A stretch of DNA of 64,000 bases from Mytilus californianus (Eukaryota), in contig NW_026262734.1 in NCBI RefSeq assembly GCF_021869535.1, positions 66,464,001 to 66,528,000 on the forward strand, read 5' to 3'. A program made the translations under genes and the position numbers. The notes under the pieces were generated by a model, which worked only from the letters and a program-made list of their open reading frames with translations, searched no databases and was not told the origin of the DNA. Below are positions 63,139 through 64,000 of this stretch, piece after piece; the first letter of the stretch is position 1; every line of letters begins with the position of its first letter.

Positions 63139-63475
63139 TGGTTCTCTCCCCTTTGTGACATACTGTTACCTAAGTCACAGTTTTACCAAAAATACCTGTT
63201 AGAGTCAAACAATTAATAAGGACAGGGAACTAGCGACCAGAAAACAGTCTTTGCATAATAAACACATATCATTCAAAGTCTTCTCTCCTATATTCACCTG
63301 AACCAAGGGCATGGTTATCAGAAATTAGTAGGCTAGTCTCCCCTTTGCAACCATTCGGTTATCTAAGTCACCGTTTTTTGCCAGAATATCTGTTAAGAGT
63401 CAAACAGTTTTCAAAGACAGAAAACGAGTGAACAGAAAATAGTCTTTACATAATAGAATCATATATCATTCAAAT
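63139..63475 (+). repeat. Diverged ~190-bp tandem duplication
   Basis: tctcccctttg..ctaagtcac..ctgtta.gagtcaaaca..cagaaaa.agtcttt.cataata..tatcattcaaa at about 63145 and about 63337; a related segment lies at about 33582-33665. Confidence 0.7.
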
Positions 63476-64000
63476 TTAATACGAAAAGTATTCTCATCCT
63501 TTCAAAAAAGTTTTTACTATTCATGAGATCTGCTAAATCAGTTTTTTTTTCTCTGTAAAATAATTAAACAAAATAATTAGTTTATTTATATTAAATCAAG
63601 ATAATATTCTTATTTGTCAGGTAAACTGCAGGACTGTATAAATGCATGTTTTTCTTCTACAATGGTTTCGCAAATCTATACATGATTTTAAAAGAAACAA
63701 TTATAACAAACCTTTCTTAGTAGTTGTCTTTTTATGTTTTTGTCATTTTTTACGATTTTATATTGATATACGATCTTTTATTGTATCTGTTGAATTTAAT
63801 ATACATATTTTTTTCTAGACTCGTTCCGATTGAGAGCCTGATAATTGTTTGATTTGAAGACCGTATGTTGAGATGGCTATGTTGTGGGTTTTGCTGTCTC
63901 ATTGGCGTACCCCAACATCTCCTGCTATAATAAAACAAAATAAAATTCCAATCTTTGTGTCCACATAAGTTAATACAAGACAAGATCAATTGTGTTTTAT

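Overview
This is AT-rich eukaryotic genomic DNA with spliceosomal introns. The repeat families look like those of a bivalve mollusc, probably Mytilus (recognition from memory, not a search). All coordinates were counted by hand and may be off by a few bases. Three main units can be reconstructed. (1) An 8.8-kb Kolobok DNA transposon (4602-13428) with TTAA target duplications, inserted into a degenerate repeat array; a paralogous empty site lies at about 2641-2760. It carries two convergent, intron-containing, now-broken genes. One is a 10-exon THAP + DDE transposase (minus strand). The other is a 3-exon KolX-type gene whose product matches the P2X7 cytoplasmic ballast (Zn/GDP-binding) motif pattern. 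Both genes sit behind a mirror-image CRE/ETS-like motif about 198 bp inside each end. (2) A 5-exon plus-strand gene (20807-33398) for a ~267-aa secreted Cys-rich protein with a Thr-rich mucin-like tail, of no family I recognise. (3) An 8-coding-exon minus-strand gene (53958-42308) for a ~1,110-aa secreted Pif/BMSP-like shell-matrix-type protein: signal peptide, VWA with a degenerate MIDAS, ~715-aa Lys-rich linker and C-terminal LamG-like domain, with no chitin-binding exon found. The rest is dense TE debris: five TTAA-flanked Kolobok-type MITEs, a CACTA-type MITE, a Harbinger-type MITE, a tRNA-SINE with a 14-bp TSD, Helentron/Pearl-like elements, Penelope and LINE RT remnants, long hairpins and minisatellites. 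No rRNA, true tRNA or CRISPR array was found.
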